64,000 bases of DNA from an uncultured Gemmataceae bacterium (GTDB lineage: Bacteria; Planctomycetota; Planctomycetia; Gemmatales; Gemmataceae). This document shows positions 1-12,348 of this stretch, piece after piece. Made by a program: the position numbers and the translations under genes. The stretch spans positions 2,368,001 through 2,432,000 of the forward strand of contig CAVVPN010000003.1 in assembly GCA_963750165.1 (NCBI GenBank), read 5' to 3'. A model generated the notes under the pieces. The model saw nothing but the letters and a program-made list of their open reading frames with translations. It was not told where the DNA came from and made no database searches. Position 1 is the first letter of the stretch. The number at the start of each line of letters is the position of its first letter.

Positions 1-189
1 GACGCGCCCGTTTCCGGGTTGAACTCCATTTCCGGATGGTTTTGCTTTCATTCACGCTTGCCGAAGAAATAAATCATCTTTTTCTTTTCTCTCCAGCAGC
101 AGTATTTAAGCAGCGCTTGTTTGTTGTTCGCAGGTCAGTTGCTGCGCTCTTGTTCTTTATCAGCACGCCATTTGCGTAAATGCTACCGT

Positions 190-332
190 TGTGGAAAACC
201 TGTCGCGCCAGGGTCGGTGGTCTGTTGCGTACTGTTGTCGGCGCCAGTCGTTTACTGACCGTGCAGCTTTCCGGAGCTATCCCATCACCGCTTCTGAACC
301 ACGGCGCGACTGGGCGCGACAGGTTTTCCACC
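190..332. promoter_or_regulatory. Candidate oriC: 19-bp perfect inverted repeat overlapping DnaA boxes, next to an AT-rich tract (~60-130)
   Basis: GTGGAAAACCTGTCGCGCC (191-209) / GGCGCGACAGGTTTTCCAC (313-331). TTTTCCACA on the minus strand at 190-198 fits TTWTNCACA. Lies directly downstream of dnaA. Confidence 0.5.
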
Positions 333-355
333 ATGGTGCAGGCGGTCCGCCTGCA

Positions 356-1351
356 TTACGAAAGCTCCGCCTGCAAGCGCCGGACAGCGCCGGACAGCGC
401 CGCATCCTGTTCCAGGGCTCGCTCCACCTTGCGACAGGCGTGCAGCACCGTCGTGTGATCGCGGCCGCCGAAGTACGCACCGATCTGCCCCAGCGACAGG
501 CCCGTCAGCTGGCGGGCCAGGTACATGCCGACCTGCCGCGGCACCAGCACACCCCGATAGCGCCGGCGCGATTGCAGCTGCCGCGGTTCCACCCGGAAGT
601 AACCGCCCACGCGCTGGGCGATGCGCTCCATTGTGATGCGGCCGGCGTCAGCCTGTTCGCGGAAGTGGCCGGCCACCGCGGCCACGTCCGGCGCCGGCCC
701 GGGCTGTCGCAGCAGCGCTTCCAGGTTCGTCAGGGCGCCGTCCAGCTGGCGGGCGCCGCCGGGCAGATGGTCCGCCAGCCAGGTCAGCACTTCCGGGGCG
801 ACGGCCAGGCCGCGCTCCTCGGCGCGGCGGCGCAGGACGGCCAGCCGGCTGGCGGCGGACAGCGGCGTCAGGGCGACAGTCAGGCCCGCGGCCAGGCGGC
901 TCGTCAGCCGGGCCGGCAGCGGTTCGCCGCGGTGCGTCAGTTGGGCCGGCCCGGTCAGGGCCGTCAGCACCACCTGCCGCTGTCGCGTCACGGCGTCATC
1001 GATCAACCGCACGAGCACCTCGGCCGCTCCGGGTGCCAGGTGTTGCACGTCCTCGACCACGATCAGGTCGGCGTCCTGGCCGGGCGTCGGCGCGTCGGCG
1101 GCGGGATGCAGGTCAGCGGCCGCCAGCGCATGGACAACCAGCGCCGGACAATCCCGCGTCAGTTCCTCGATCAGGGCGGACACCAGATGCGTTTTGCCGC
1201 TGCCGGTGGGGCCGTGCAGAAGCAGCGGATTGTGACGGCGACGCGGGCGCTGTTGGCGAACGCACTCCAGCACGTCTCGAACCGCCACGAACGCCGCACG
1301 GGTTTCCGCGACAGCCACGAAGCGTGCGAAGCTCAGTGCGGGCCGGTGCAT
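356..1351 (-). CDS. dnaA: DnaA-family replication initiator lacking N-terminal domain I
   Basis: NPLLLHGPTGSGKT Walker A, VEDVQ Walker B, RLTSRL..GL, domain IV signature IG.YFGGRDHTTVLHAC. Confidence 0.9.
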   Translation of the reverse strand: MHRPALSFARFVAVAETRAAFVAVRDVLECVRQQRPRRRHNPLLLHGPTGSGKTHLVSALIEELTRDCPALVVHALAAADLHPAADAPTPGQDADLIVVEDVQHLAPGAAEVLVRLIDDAVTRQRQVVLTALTGPAQLTHRGEPLPARLTSRLAAGLTVALTPLSAASRLAVLRRRAEERGLAVAPEVLTWLADHLPGGARQLDGALTNLEALLRQPGPAPDVAAVAGHFREQADAGRITMERIAQRVGGYFRVEPRQLQSRRRYRGVLVPRQVGMYLARQLTGLSLGQIGAYFGGRDHTTVLHACRKVERALEQDAALSGAVRRLQAELS

Positions 1352-1656
1352 GGTTCCGGTAGTTCCCTCCCCGCACCAGGCGGTAGTGTGGGACTGGTTC
1401 TAAATTTCGGCCAGAAAACCGGTTGCGAGTACCGCGACGCCACGGGCCGGTGCGCCCGTCGTCTAAAGCATTGTATCCGAAAGGCGGCGCGGGGTAAAGC
1501 ACAATCGGCCCCAGGATGGCGCGACGTAAGTGCTTGAAAGAATGTGAGATCGGATTGAAAATTGGGAGGAGAGTTGGGGCACGGAGCCGGGTGCGGTATC
1601 GGTCCTGTGCGACCGACCGCGCCCGGCTCCGTGCGCCGGTGCTTGCAATTCGGAAG

Positions 1657-3874
1657 TCATTTCCCCTGTTTCGGTTGCGTCTGATGGTAGCGCGACACAC
1701 CGAGGCGTTCGCGCACCTGCTGCATGACACTGTCGGGCATGAGGCGTGTCCACAGCGCACTGGGGGATTCCACGGCCGAGGTCGATAACGCCAGCACGCG
1801 CCGCCGCTGGACTGGGTCGAACTTGCAGGCGGCGATGATGCCGGCCGGCCAGACACCCTGGTCGCTCACGGCGATGAACAGGTTCGGTAACTCCTTTTCG
1901 TGCTTGCCCTCGTAGAGGTACACGTCGAACGGCCCGTGGGCGCCGAAGACGGGTACGACAGGCAAGTTCTCGACGTAGTTGCTGACGCGCGTGGGCCGCA
2001 CTGCCTCGGTTTGCAGCAGGGCCTGGCTGGGGCGCAGGCTGACCGCGGCCAAAACGGAACCGTCCGCCAATGGCGCACCGACCAGACCGGTCATGCTGGT
2101 GGCGGCGGCCGGCCGCGCCAGGACGCGCCCGACAGCAACCCGGGCGGCCACAGCGGCGCCAGGCGGGCCTGGTAGATCAGCAGCGGCTTGAGCCAGTTGC
2201 CGTGGTGCTCGTGGGACAGTCGCGTGTACTTCAACTGCAGTTCGTAGGTGTCTTCCTGGATGGTGCCTGCCTTGAGGAACTTCGGGTGTTGCAGCAGGAT
2301 GTCGAGCCAGGCGAGCAGGGCGTTTTTGTAGTTGGTCAGGGTCCGCGGGTTGACGATGTTGGCGGCCCCCTTGCGGGCGCGGAACAGATCGTAGCGGGCC
2401 TTGACCGTTTCCGGCAACATCTCTACCTCGGACTGGTCGAGGAAGGCGTCAATGTTAGTCATCGTCTTGTAGTGCCTGAACCACTGCAGTTTTTCCGCCT
2501 CGGGTGACTTCGCACCCTTGAGCGCCGCCTGGTGTTCCAGATCCTTGATTTCTTCTGGTTCCAGATACAGGCCGTTTTGGCGGGCGTATTCCTTGTACTC
2601 GCTGTAGCCCTGAGCCCAGGCCAGCCTGGACTGGTAACGGCCCGCGCCGACGAGCACATCGGTTTTCACGTTCCCCTCGTCGGGTTCGGTGCCGAAGAAC
2701 TTGCGAATCGACCAGCCCTCGCCGCCGAACCAACCTTCCGTCTGGAGCTGCTCGGCGTAGTAGACCTCGGCGCGGGCGGGGTAGCTGCGGAAGATCGATA
2801 TCGCCATGCGCGGCATACGGTAGCGAGCCGGGTCGTATTCCAGTTTGTCGATGCGGGGGTTGCCGTTCGGCGGCGGCAGCGGCTGCTGGGCGTAGATGTA
2901 CCAGGCGCGGACGATTTGAAACACGTCCACGTCGTCGCCCTCGAAGTTGCGGCTCTCGGGGTTGGGGCAATAGGGCTTCACCTCGGCAAACTTTTCCGGC
3001 AGCACGGGGAACTGCGCCTGCGGTTCGAGCAGCGGCACCGTCTCCTGCGGATTGGTCAGCTTCTCGAAGCGCGAGGGCAGGTCACGGTTCTCTTGCAGGA
3101 AACCAACGACCTTGGTGGCGGTGCCATAGTTTTTCAGGCGCTCTTGAAGGCGGCGCACGAAGCGTGGATATTTAGTGCAGAAATCAATGAAGCGTTTGGT
3201 GTTGACCTTCTTGCCCTGGGCGCCGGCGGCCCACAGGCTCTCGGGGTAGCGGTCGGCCGGGTCCATCATGCTCATGTCGAGCAGGCACTGCATGACGTTC
3301 TGGTCGTCGCTCTGGCCGATCTTGAGCTGGTAGGTGAAACCGATGTGGTAGCGCATCTCCGGGTTGGCGGGCGAGCGCAGTTCGGGGTTGGGATGGTCGT
3401 TGCCCTTGTTGCGGCGCTCGCCCTCGGCAAGTAACTCGATACCGCGGGTCACGAAATAATATTTGTCCTTGGGCTTGTCGCACTCGACGGCGACGTTGAA
3501 GGACAGGTTCCAGCTCTGGAACAGCCAGGGCGTGATGAAGTGCGGTTGCAGCTTGGTGAGCGAGCGGACGATGCTTTCGAGTTCGTTGTACTCGTGTTTC
3601 TTCTGTTTCTCGATGGCGGACAGCCACAGATAGGTGACGGCGATGCCGCGCAGCCCGGACGCGACCAGGCGCAGGGCTGAGCCGGTCAGTTCCGGTTCGC
3701 CCTGATCGACCTCGCGCAGCGCAGGTTTTCCGCCTGCTTGTTGATCGACGGGGAGTCCGCTCCCAGCGCCACCCGGCCGCGCAGGAACAGCGACACCGTG
3801 AACAGCACCAGGATCAAACCAAAATACACAAACTTGCGCGTCAGCGATTGCTGCTGGAATTTGTTTTGTGCCAT
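1657..3874 (-). CDS. Large membrane-anchored conserved protein of the ABC operon; two apparent frameshifts (~3720, ~2150)
   Basis: MAQNKFQQQSLTRKFVYFGLILVLF (TM) continues after a shift into LREVDQGEPELTGSALRL..LQPHFITPWLFQSWNLSFNVAVE, joins ORF 2091-3452, then ORF 1657-2151. Confidence 0.65.
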
Positions 3875-3892
3875 TTCATCCTCCTTCGGAGG

Positions 3893-4008
3893 AGTCATTA
3901 GTCATTAGTCATTAGTCATTAGTTTTCTGGGTCGCAGATCAAAGCAAAAGTTTAGGTGCTCGGCTGCGACCCAGAAAACTAATGACTAATGACTAATGAC
4001 TAATGACT
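3893..4008. repeat. Perfect 45-bp inverted repeat built from 4x AGTCATT heptamer, 26-nt loop
   Basis: (AGTCATT)4-AGTTTTCTGGGTCGCAG 3893-3937 / CTGCGACCCAGAAAACT-(AATGACT)4 3964-4008. Confidence 0.95.
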
Positions 4009-6014
4009 ACGTGGGATTCGCGATCTCGCGGGACTTCATCAGGTAATAGCCGAGGATGCCGCAGGGCACCAGGTACGCCAGCAGCGGCAGCAGATTGTCC
4101 AGGAACAGCACCTGCATGAGCGAAATGTCGAAGCCGTTGGACACGTAGATCGCCAGGTCATAGCGCGTCACGTCCGGAATGACGCGCATCAGCAACTTGA
4201 GCAGCCAGCGGTACGAATCGTCAAAGGCGACAATGACGCCGTACTGTCCGGTTGACTTGTCCAGCGGCGCGTTGATGTTCTGACGGTTCCACAGCCGCAC
4301 CATTGAGCCCATCGGGCCGCCCTCACGGCCGCCCTCCGTCCGCCCCTCCGCCAGCGAGCGGATGTAGTCCGAGAACAGGCCGGCGCCGCACAAAAAGCCG
4401 GTCGCCAGAAAAGCGATGATGCCGCTCAGGTACGTGCTGGCGATCACCGCGATGCCCAGCACCAGACACGCCCCCAGCCAGATCGCCACCGCGCCCTTCA
4501 GGAAGTTGATCCAGAACGGATAGTCGCCCTCCAGCAAGTACAGGTCGCGGCGCGCGACGCCGATCATCTGCGTGCTACTGCCCGGCGTCCGCTCCACGTT
4601 GATGAGCACCTGCATGGCCGGCGGCTTCTTGCCGTTTTCACCGGGACTGAGCCGGGCCGCGTCCTCGCGCAGCTTCTTGAAAATGGCCGCCGGCACCCGC
4701 AGCTTCTGCGTGTGGTAGTCGGTCACCTCGACGCCGCCCATTTGATAGACGCCGTACTTGTTCAGCAGCTGCAGGTCCGTCTCGTTCAGGCCCTCCGCCG
4801 GCGCCTCGGCCGCTGGCTTCTTCCGGGGGCCTTCCTTCTGGTGCGCTTTCAGCAGTTCAATGCGCTCGTCGCTGGACTGGTCCAACGCCTTCTTCACGGC
4901 GGGCACCGACAGACTGACCGGGCGCGAACGTGAAGGTGCAGAAAACGCCCTGGGCCTCGATGCCCTTGGTGGTGCGGAAGATGTCGAAGGTGAACTCCAG
5001 GTCCACCGGTTCGGTGCGGTCGCTCAGCGCCGCCGGCAGCTCGTCGAAGATCCAGATGGCGTACTGCGTTCCCTGGCGCTCGGAGAACAGGCCGGGGCCG
5101 GCGATGTAACTGCGGTAGTCCCATTCACGGCCGACGCTCTCGCCGCGGGTGTCGCGGGTGGTGCCGTGGAACGTGAGGTTGTTGGCGAACAGCGGCACCC
5201 GGGCGTGATAGCTTTCCGCCGCCGCCTCCGGCGAGACGCCGCGCAGCACATAGAACAGGCTCAGCAGCGTCACCGCCGCCAGTTCGGCGAGCAGCAGCAG
5301 GGCGTAGCCGGTGAAGCGGCCCAGGACGATCTCGTAGCGCTGCACCGGCTTGGTGACGATGGTGTGAATGGTCTGGTTCTTGACATCGGCGGGAATGCTG
5401 AACGAGCCGAGCAGTACCGCGGTGATGATGAACAGCAGTGACATCGCGAAGTAGGCGACACCAACACGGGTGCGCAGCTGATCCTCGGCCTTGCCGGTGA
5501 TGTACCAGTCGGCGTACAGGTAGATGATTGGGATGACCAGGCAGATGGCCCAGATGCGCAGCCGCCAGGCTTCCTTGAGGCTGACGCTGGCCAGGGCCCA
5601 GATACGGCGGCCGACCAGGCGATGCGCGAACACGTCGAGCAGGATCGGCAGCGTGACGGCGAACAGGGCCAGGCCGCCGCCGAGCGTCAGAAAGAGGGCC
5701 TGGGCGAAGGTGTAATGGAGGGTGGGCGGCAGACGCGGCTCGGGGTTGGGCACCGCGATCAGCGGCTGCGAGAAGAACAGCACGATGAAGATCGCGTAGC
5801 TGACGGCACTGAGGCTGGCGGCGGCGAAGACGAAGCGCTTGGTGGCGCTCCATTCGGGGTCGATCCAGGCGGGTCGCTGCAGGTAGTAGGCCAGGCCCAC
5901 GATGACCAGGGCGATGGCCGCCAGGGCGCCGGCGTCCTGCAGCCAGCCGGCCAGCGCCGTGGGCAACAGCGCCCATTCCAGCTGCGGTCGTTCGATAATC
6001 AGGCTGGCAAACAT
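4007..6014 (-). CDS. ABC-2 type transporter permease, frameshift near 4905
   Basis: Multiple TM helices and the SIPADVKNQTIHTIVTKPVQRYEIVLGRF motif; ORFs 4857-6014 and 4007-4906 join. Confidence 0.8.
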
Positions 6015-6102
6015 GGCGTTCGTCGATCCTGGGTAGAACGGGATGAATCAGGGAAATCGGTCTTTCCGCCGCTTGCAGCTCAGAGTCACCGGACAACACT
6101 CT

Positions 6103-6247
6103 GTGGTCGCAGGCTTTAGCGCGGTTTGCAGGTGCGTGTAGCATGTAGTAGGTCCGGCGAGCCGAGCCGGACCCGCAGCGGGTGCCGCTCGGCTCGCGGC
6201 ACCTACCCCAGACCGCTACACCCAACCGCAATCCGCTTTAGCCTGCG
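6103..6247. repeat. Nested REP / TA-flanked MITE / inner REP pair
   Basis: GTGGTCGCAGGCTTTA|insert|GCCTGCG. Insert 6119-6240 has imperfect terminal IRs and contains a GTAG-type REP pair at 6148-6206. Confidence 0.7.
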
Positions 6248-6249
6248 TA

Positions 6250-7398
6250 TTACCCCGGCACGAAATAAGATCAAATCAATTCTACCGGGGCAGCGTACCG
6301 AGTCCACGGATGTAGAAAGTAACTTATCACATGATCCGGCACCCGAACCAAGCGTTTCATGAAGTCCAACAACCGGCCCTGCAACGTCGGCCGGTCGGGC
6401 GGCAGGCCCGCCTCGTTCACCGTACCCTTCATGTCGTTGTTCAAATACTCCACTGGGTTCAACTCCGGCGAATACGCCGGCAGATAAAACACCTCGATCT
6501 GGTCCCGGTGCGCCTCCACCCAGGCCTGTACCGCCGGCGTCTTGTGGGCTTGCAGCCGATCCGCGATCAGCAGCATCTTCCGCGTCGCCCCTGCGATCAG
6601 CTTGGTCAAGAACATCAGGAACACCGCCGCGTCGAGCGCGCCCTGGTAAGTCATGAACCGTACCGTCCCCTCGTTGCTGATGGCCGAAATCTGGTTGACC
6701 CGGAGGTGGGGCTTAGGCACCTCCATCGTCGCGCGTGCTCCGAGGCGGGCGTAGCCGTAACCGGGGTGGTGATCGGCCGCCACGCCGACCTCATCGGTCC
6801 ACAGAATTTCCGCCTGCTCGCGCTCAGCCTGGGCTTCGATGGCGGGGTAGGTTTCCAGCAACCACTCCTCGACCGCGTCGGGATCCTGCTGCCGCGCGTG
6901 CCGGCTCGGTTTCTTGGAGGTGTAACCCCAGCGGCGCAAGTACGCGCCGACGGTGCGCTCGGCCAGGTCGATGCCGAACTCCTGGCGGATCAGGTCGCGC
7001 ACGGCGCGGCGCGTCCACAAGGCGTGCGGGATGCCCACTTCCTCCGGGGAGTGCAGGTCGATGCACGCCCGGATGCGCTCGGCCTGCGGGTCGGACAAGT
7101 AGCGCCCGGAACCGAGCGGCCGGCCGCTGCGACCGCCGGGCAGGGCAGACAGGCCGTCGGCGACGTAGGCCGTCCACCAGCGACTGATGGTTTCGTGGCA
7201 GACGCCCAGGAGTTCGGCGAGATCCAACTCGGAGTAGCCCAACTCGATCCCCCGTAAGGCGCGCAGACGCAGCACCTGGAGGGCTTCATCCGACAACTGG
7301 CGGGCGTCAGGTAACTGGATGGACATGAGCAGTCTCCGTCTCGGAGTGTCGCGGTTATTCTCCCAACGGACTTTTGAGCAACTTTCATGCCGTGGTAA
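6250..7398 (-). mobile_element. IS630-family insertion sequence
   Basis: TIRs TTACCCCGGCACGAAA / TTTCATGCCGTGGTAA (14/16), TA on both flanks (6248-49, 7399-7400). Confidence 0.92.
6271..7326 (-). CDS. IS630 transposase
   Basis: N-terminal HTH and winged helix, WTDE, IADRLQAH, LPAYSPELNPVEYL motifs. Confidence 0.95.
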   Translation of the reverse strand: MSIQLPDARQLSDEALQVLRLRALRGIELGYSELDLAELLGVCHETISRWWTAYVADGLSALPGGRSGRPLGSGRYLSDPQAERIRACIDLHSPEEVGIPHALWTRRAVRDLIRQEFGIDLAERTVGAYLRRWGYTSKKPSRHARQQDPDAVEEWLLETYPAIEAQAEREQAEILWTDEVGVAADHHPGYGYARLGARATMEVPKPHLRVNQISAISNEGTVRFMTYQGALDAAVFLMFLTKLIAGATRKMLLIADRLQAHKTPAVQAWVEAHRDQIEVFYLPAYSPELNPVEYLNNDMKGTVNEAGLPPDRPTLQGRLLDFMKRLVRVPDHVISYFLHPWTRYAAPVELI

Positions 7399-7476
7399 TA
7401 AGCCGAACGCAAACTAAAGTTTGCGGCTACGGCCTGAGCCGGGCAAGCCGTTTTATCCGCTTGCGGCAGAAGTCCC

Positions 7477-8454
7477 TCAACTGCCCACGTCGGTCACATG
7501 TTCGGAGCGCTCCTTGCCGTCGCCTGTGGCGGCCGGCGGTGACGGCGGCGCGGCCTGGCGCTGGCCCTCGGGCAGATAACGGCGGCCGGGGTGGGCCTTG
7601 CTCTGCTGCACGATGTGCAGGAACAGATCCTCCAGCGTCGTCGTCGGATGCCCCAGGAACTCCAGCTTGCCGCCGTGCCGCGCCAGCACCTCTTCCAGGT
7701 CGCGGCGCAGTTCGTCGTTGATCTGCACCCCGCTGGCCCGCAGTTCCAGCCGCTGCACATCCTCCAGCAGCGTCTTGACGCTGCCCATTTCCTGCAATTC
7801 GCCCTCGTTCAGGATGGCGATGCGGTCGCAGATGTCCTGCACGTCCTCCAGACGGTGGCTGCACATGATGACCGTCTTGCCCAGGTTGCGCAGATCCACG
7901 ATCTTGTCCTTCATCCAGCGTGTGCCGAGCGGATCGAGGCCGCTGGTCGGCTCGTCGAGGATGACGAGTTCGGGATCGTTGATGAGGGCCTGGGCGAAGC
8001 CGATGCGCTGTCGCATGCCCTTGGAGTATTCGCGGAGGATGCGCTTCTTGTCGGCGCTGAGGCCGACCATGTCGATGAGCTTCTGAGAGCGGGCGCGGCG
8101 CTCGGCGGGCGGCAGGTTGAACAGGCTGCCGTAGAAGTCGAGCGTCTCCTCGGCGGTGAGGAAGCGATACAGATACGACTCCTCGGGCAGGTAGCCGATG
8201 CGCTCGTTTTTCTTGACATCGGCGGCGGGCTGGCCGAACAGGTACGCCTCGCCCTCGGTGGGGAAGAGTAGACCGAGCAGCAGCTTGATGGTGGTGGTCT
8301 TGCCGGAGCCGTTGGGCCCGAGCAGGCCGAAAATCTCGCCGCGACGGATTTCCAGGTTGAGGGCGCGCAGGGCGACCTTCTTCTGCCGTCCCCAGAAGTC
8401 GCGGTAGACCTTGGTGAGCTTGCGTGTCTCGACCAGGACGTTGGAATCACTCAT
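7477..8454 (-). CDS. ABC transporter ATP-binding protein
   Basis: [17 protein letters not shown] signature, [11 protein letters not shown]-loop. Confidence 0.95.
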   Translation of the reverse strand: MSDSNVLVETRKLTKVYRDFWGRQKKVALRALNLEIRRGEIFGLLGPNGSGKTTTIKLLLGLLFPTEGEAYLFGQPAADVKKNERIGYLPEESYLYRFLTAEETLDFYGSLFNLPPAERRARSQKLIDMVGLSADKKRILREYSKGMRQRIGFAQALINDPELVILDEPTSGLDPLGTRWMKDKIVDLRNLGKTVIMCSHRLEDVQDICDRIAILNEGELQEMGSVKTLLEDVQRLELRASGVQINDELRRDLEEVLARHGGKLEFLGHPTTTLEDLFLHIVQQSKAHPGRRYLPEGQRQAAPPSPPAATGDGKERSEHVTDVGS

Positions 8455-8861
8455 GAACAGCTACCTCGCCTGTTCGCAATACTCGACCGACGGGCGCGGC
8501 GTTGTGGGTTGCTACGCCGTCAGGGTCGTCAGGGTTCGCCGGTTTGTGCGCTTGTGCCAAGCGGCTTGGCGGAGGTTATCTTAACAGAAACGGCCGGCGC
8601 TGCCAGGGGGCAGTCAGGGGTGAACCTTCGGTTTCGGGCGAGCGGCGCGGCGTCCGGCCCGCCGGTACTGCGAGTCACCGGCGCTGACGCCGCGCCGCTC
8701 GCTCAATTCCAGAGGCACAGTCGCTGCGCTCCCGGTCAAGGGTCGGATACTTTACTTTTCACACGATTTTCGTTGGCGGTCCGTTCGGCGAGCGCGGTAC
8801 ACTCGGCGATCTATGATGGTCTTTTATTCGTGGTTTCCGGCCTCTTTTCAGGAGAGTTCCG

Positions 8862-9905
<1,044 letters not shown>

Positions 9906-9923
9906 CCGAAGGAGGAGTCGAAC

Positions 9924-10382
9924 ATGGGTTCGCTGTGCAAGCGCTGGGTCGGGCTGCTGGTGCTGGCGGCGGTCTGCGCCGCGGGCTGCGGCGACAGTAC
10001 CACCGGCACCGTCAGCGGCGAGGTCACCTACGAGGGCAAGCCGGTGGAGACGGGATACATCACCTTCCACCCCGCCGACGGCGGCAAGGGGACCGAGGTC
10101 GCCGCCCCCATTAAGGACGGCAGGTTCACCGTGGCCAACCTCAGCCCCGGGCCGAAGATGGTCCACATTGCCGGCAACAGCAAGGTGGAGTTCGCACGCA
10201 CTACCGAAGAACTGCGGCAGCAGTCCAGGGCCAAACCCAAGGTGGACCCGGTCACCGGTCTCATTCCGGCTCCCGACGCGGTGCCGAACGACGCCGAGGG
10301 CAACCGTGTCCGGGTGGTGGTGGAGGCAGGGACGCAGACGATGAACTTTCCGCTGAAGAAGCCGGCGGCGAAGAAGCAGTGA
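9924..10382 (+). CDS. Small lipoprotein typical of DUF1559 partners
   Basis: Lipobox AAGCG, VSGEVTYEGKPV..G.ITF.P motif, RBS GGAGGAG. Confidence 0.8.
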   Translation: MGSLCKRWVGLLVLAAVCAAGCGDSTTGTVSGEVTYEGKPVETGYITFHPADGGKGTEVAAPIKDGRFTVANLSPGPKMVHIAGNSKVEFARTTEELRQQSRAKPKVDPVTGLIPAPDAVPNDAEGNRVRVVVEAGTQTMNFPLKKPAAKKQ

Positions 10383-10387
10383 CGCGG

Positions 10388-10463
10388 AGCGCTAGGCCGC
10401 AAGCGGCAGACAAGATGGGGATGGCGCTCCAACTGCTCTTTCTGCCGCTTGCGGCCTGGCGCT
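10388..10463. repeat. REP-like inverted repeat between convergent genes
   Basis: AGCGCTAGGCCGCAAGCGGCAGA ... TCTGCCGCTTGCGGCCTGGCGCT. Confidence 0.75.
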
Positions 10464-10467
10464 GCTC

Positions 10468-11205
10468 TTACGCCTGCTCGAACGCCACCACCACGCACGT
10501 CACATTGTCGCGCGAGCCGCGCTCCAGCGCCATCTCCACCAGCTGATCGGCCCACGCCTGCGGGTTGGGGTAGCGCGTCACGCCCTCGCGCAAATCGTCC
10601 TCGGTGATGTGGTTGGTCAGGCCATCGCTGGCCAGCAGCAGACGGTCGCCCACTTCGGGCGTGAGCGGCACCACTTCCGCGTTCTCGAAGGTGCCGGTGA
10701 AGCCCAGGAAGCGGTGCAGTACATGCTGGTAGGGGCTGTTGCGGGCCTCCTCCGGCGATAGGGCGCCGCTCTGCACCAGTGCCTGGGCGACGGAGTGATC
10801 GACGGTAAGCTGCTTGACCTGATCGCCGCGGATGAGGTAGGCCCGGCTGTCGCCGAGGCCGGCGACGTAGACCCGGTTTTGCTGGTGCAGGGCGAGCACG
10901 GCGGTGGTGCCCATGCGGCGTCCCGGGGGCTGGTCGCGGCCGGCATCGACGATGGCGGAATTCGCTTCCTGCAGGGCGCGCAGCACGGCGTTGTTGGCGG
11001 TATCCTGGGCGGCCAGGCGGTCCTGCACGACCCTGGGAATGATGTCCGCTGCCAGACCGCTGGCCTGTTCGCCGCGATCCTGACCGCCCATGCCGTCGGC
11101 CACCAGGAACAGGTGGTTGACCGGATCCACGACAAAGCGATCTTCGTTGTTTGGTCGGACTCCCTGCGCCGTGCGGCTACCGACGTGGAGTACAAAGTCG
11201 GCCAT
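10468..11205 (-). CDS. PP2C-family Ser/Thr protein phosphatase
   Basis: RPNNED, VADGMGG, GTT, GDSRAY, LTVDHS, ASDGL, GSRDNVT. Confidence 0.95.
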   Translation of the reverse strand: MADFVLHVGSRTAQGVRPNNEDRFVVDPVNHLFLVADGMGGQDRGEQASGLAADIIPRVVQDRLAAQDTANNAVLRALQEANSAIVDAGRDQPPGRRMGTTAVLALHQQNRVYVAGLGDSRAYLIRGDQVKQLTVDHSVAQALVQSGALSPEEARNSPYQHVLHRFLGFTGTFENAEVVPLTPEVGDRLLLASDGLTNHITEDDLREGVTRYPNPQAWADQLVEMALERGSRDNVTCVVVAFEQA

Positions 11206-11349
11206 GAGGAGGACTCTCCCGCGTGACGGTCCCACCCCCGCCGGGCGCACCACTTCCGGGGGTTCTTTTTCCTTAGCTCATCTTATCTTGTTTTGCAAGC
11301 CTGAGCTACAGCAGGCTGGCCGGTTTTCGGGGTTTCGGCGGCGCGGAAG

Positions 11350-11408
11350 GGCGCCGAATCTCGACGTGTGAAAAAGTTGGCCCCCTTGGCCTCCTTGGCC
11401 CCCTTGCT
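11350..11408 (-). repeat. Dispersed repeat: 9-mer tandem (CAAGGGGGC)n plus TTTTTCAYACGTCGAG
   Basis: Related copies at ~26395-26470, ~37940-38027 and ~38071-38126. Confidence 0.8.
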
Positions 11409-11550
11409 CGGTCAGGCAACGCCGGCCGGCGTCCGGCTGTGCCAACCGCACAGGCCGGCGGCGACCCGCTGGCGGCCGGCGGTTGGGCGGATATAACAAC
11501 AACAACGCCTTCCCATTCCTGGGCTTGGCACCGAGGAAGGACCAGCCGCA

Positions 11551-12348
11551 GTGACGTCACAACCGCCGGCCCTGCACGTCTGGCTGCCGCCGCTGAGCGC
11601 TCTCGACCGGCGTCTGCGGCGTGCGGAAATCATGGATCAGGAGGATTTGGACCCGCGCGCCCACGAGGCCGCCCTGCGCGGCCTGGAGCGCATCAACCGC
11701 CTGAGCGGCAGCAACGGGGTGTTGTGGCGTGAGGTTTGCGAGTTGTTCCGAACCGCGCCGGCGCGGCCGCTGCGGCTGCTGGACGTGGCCACGGGCGCGG
11801 GCGATGTGCCGCTACGGTTGTGGCGGTGGGCGCGGCGGACGGGGTTGCCGCTGGAGGTGGCCGGCTGTGATCGCAGTGCCGTGGCGGTGGCGCATGCGCA
11901 ACGGCGGGCGCGGGAGCTGGGCGCCCAGGTGACGTTCTTCCCCTGCGACGTGTTCCGCGACCCGCTGCCGGCCGACTTTGACGTGCTGACCAGCTCGCTG
12001 TTTCTGCACCATCTGGACGAGGCGGAGGCGGTGACGGTACTGCGAGCCCTGGCGGCGGCGGCGCGGCGGCTGGTGCTGGTCAACGACCTGGAGCGGAGTC
12101 TGCCCGGCCTGTTACTGGCGGTCGCGGGGACGCGGTTGCTGTCGCGCTCGCCGGTGGTGCATCACGATGGGCCGTGGTCGGTGGCGGCGGCGTTCACGGT
12201 GCCGGAGGCGCGGCGGCTGGCGCGGGCGGCGGGGCTGACCGGGGCGCGGGTAACGCGCTGCTGGCCGTGGCGCTGGCTGTTGACGTGGCGGCCCGATCTT
12301 TCTTTCTCCCTCCCCTCTGGTGGGGGAGGGTCGGGGTGGGGGGGATGA
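11551..12348 (+). CDS. Class I SAM-dependent methyltransferase of the type III PKS cluster
   Basis: EIMD, LLDVATGAGD, SLFLHHL, VNDLER; ATGA overlap with the next gene; start uncertain. Confidence 0.88.
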   Translation: MTSQPPALHVWLPPLSALDRRLRRAEIMDQEDLDPRAHEAALRGLERINRLSGSNGVLWREVCELFRTAPARPLRLLDVATGAGDVPLRLWRWARRTGLPLEVAGCDRSAVAVAHAQRRARELGAQVTFFPCDVFRDPLPADFDVLTSSLFLHHLDEAEAVTVLRALAAAARRLVLVNDLERSLPGLLLAVAGTRLLSRSPVVHHDGPWSVAAAFTVPEARRLARAAGLTGARVTRCWPWRWLLTWRPDLSFSLPSGGGGSGWGG

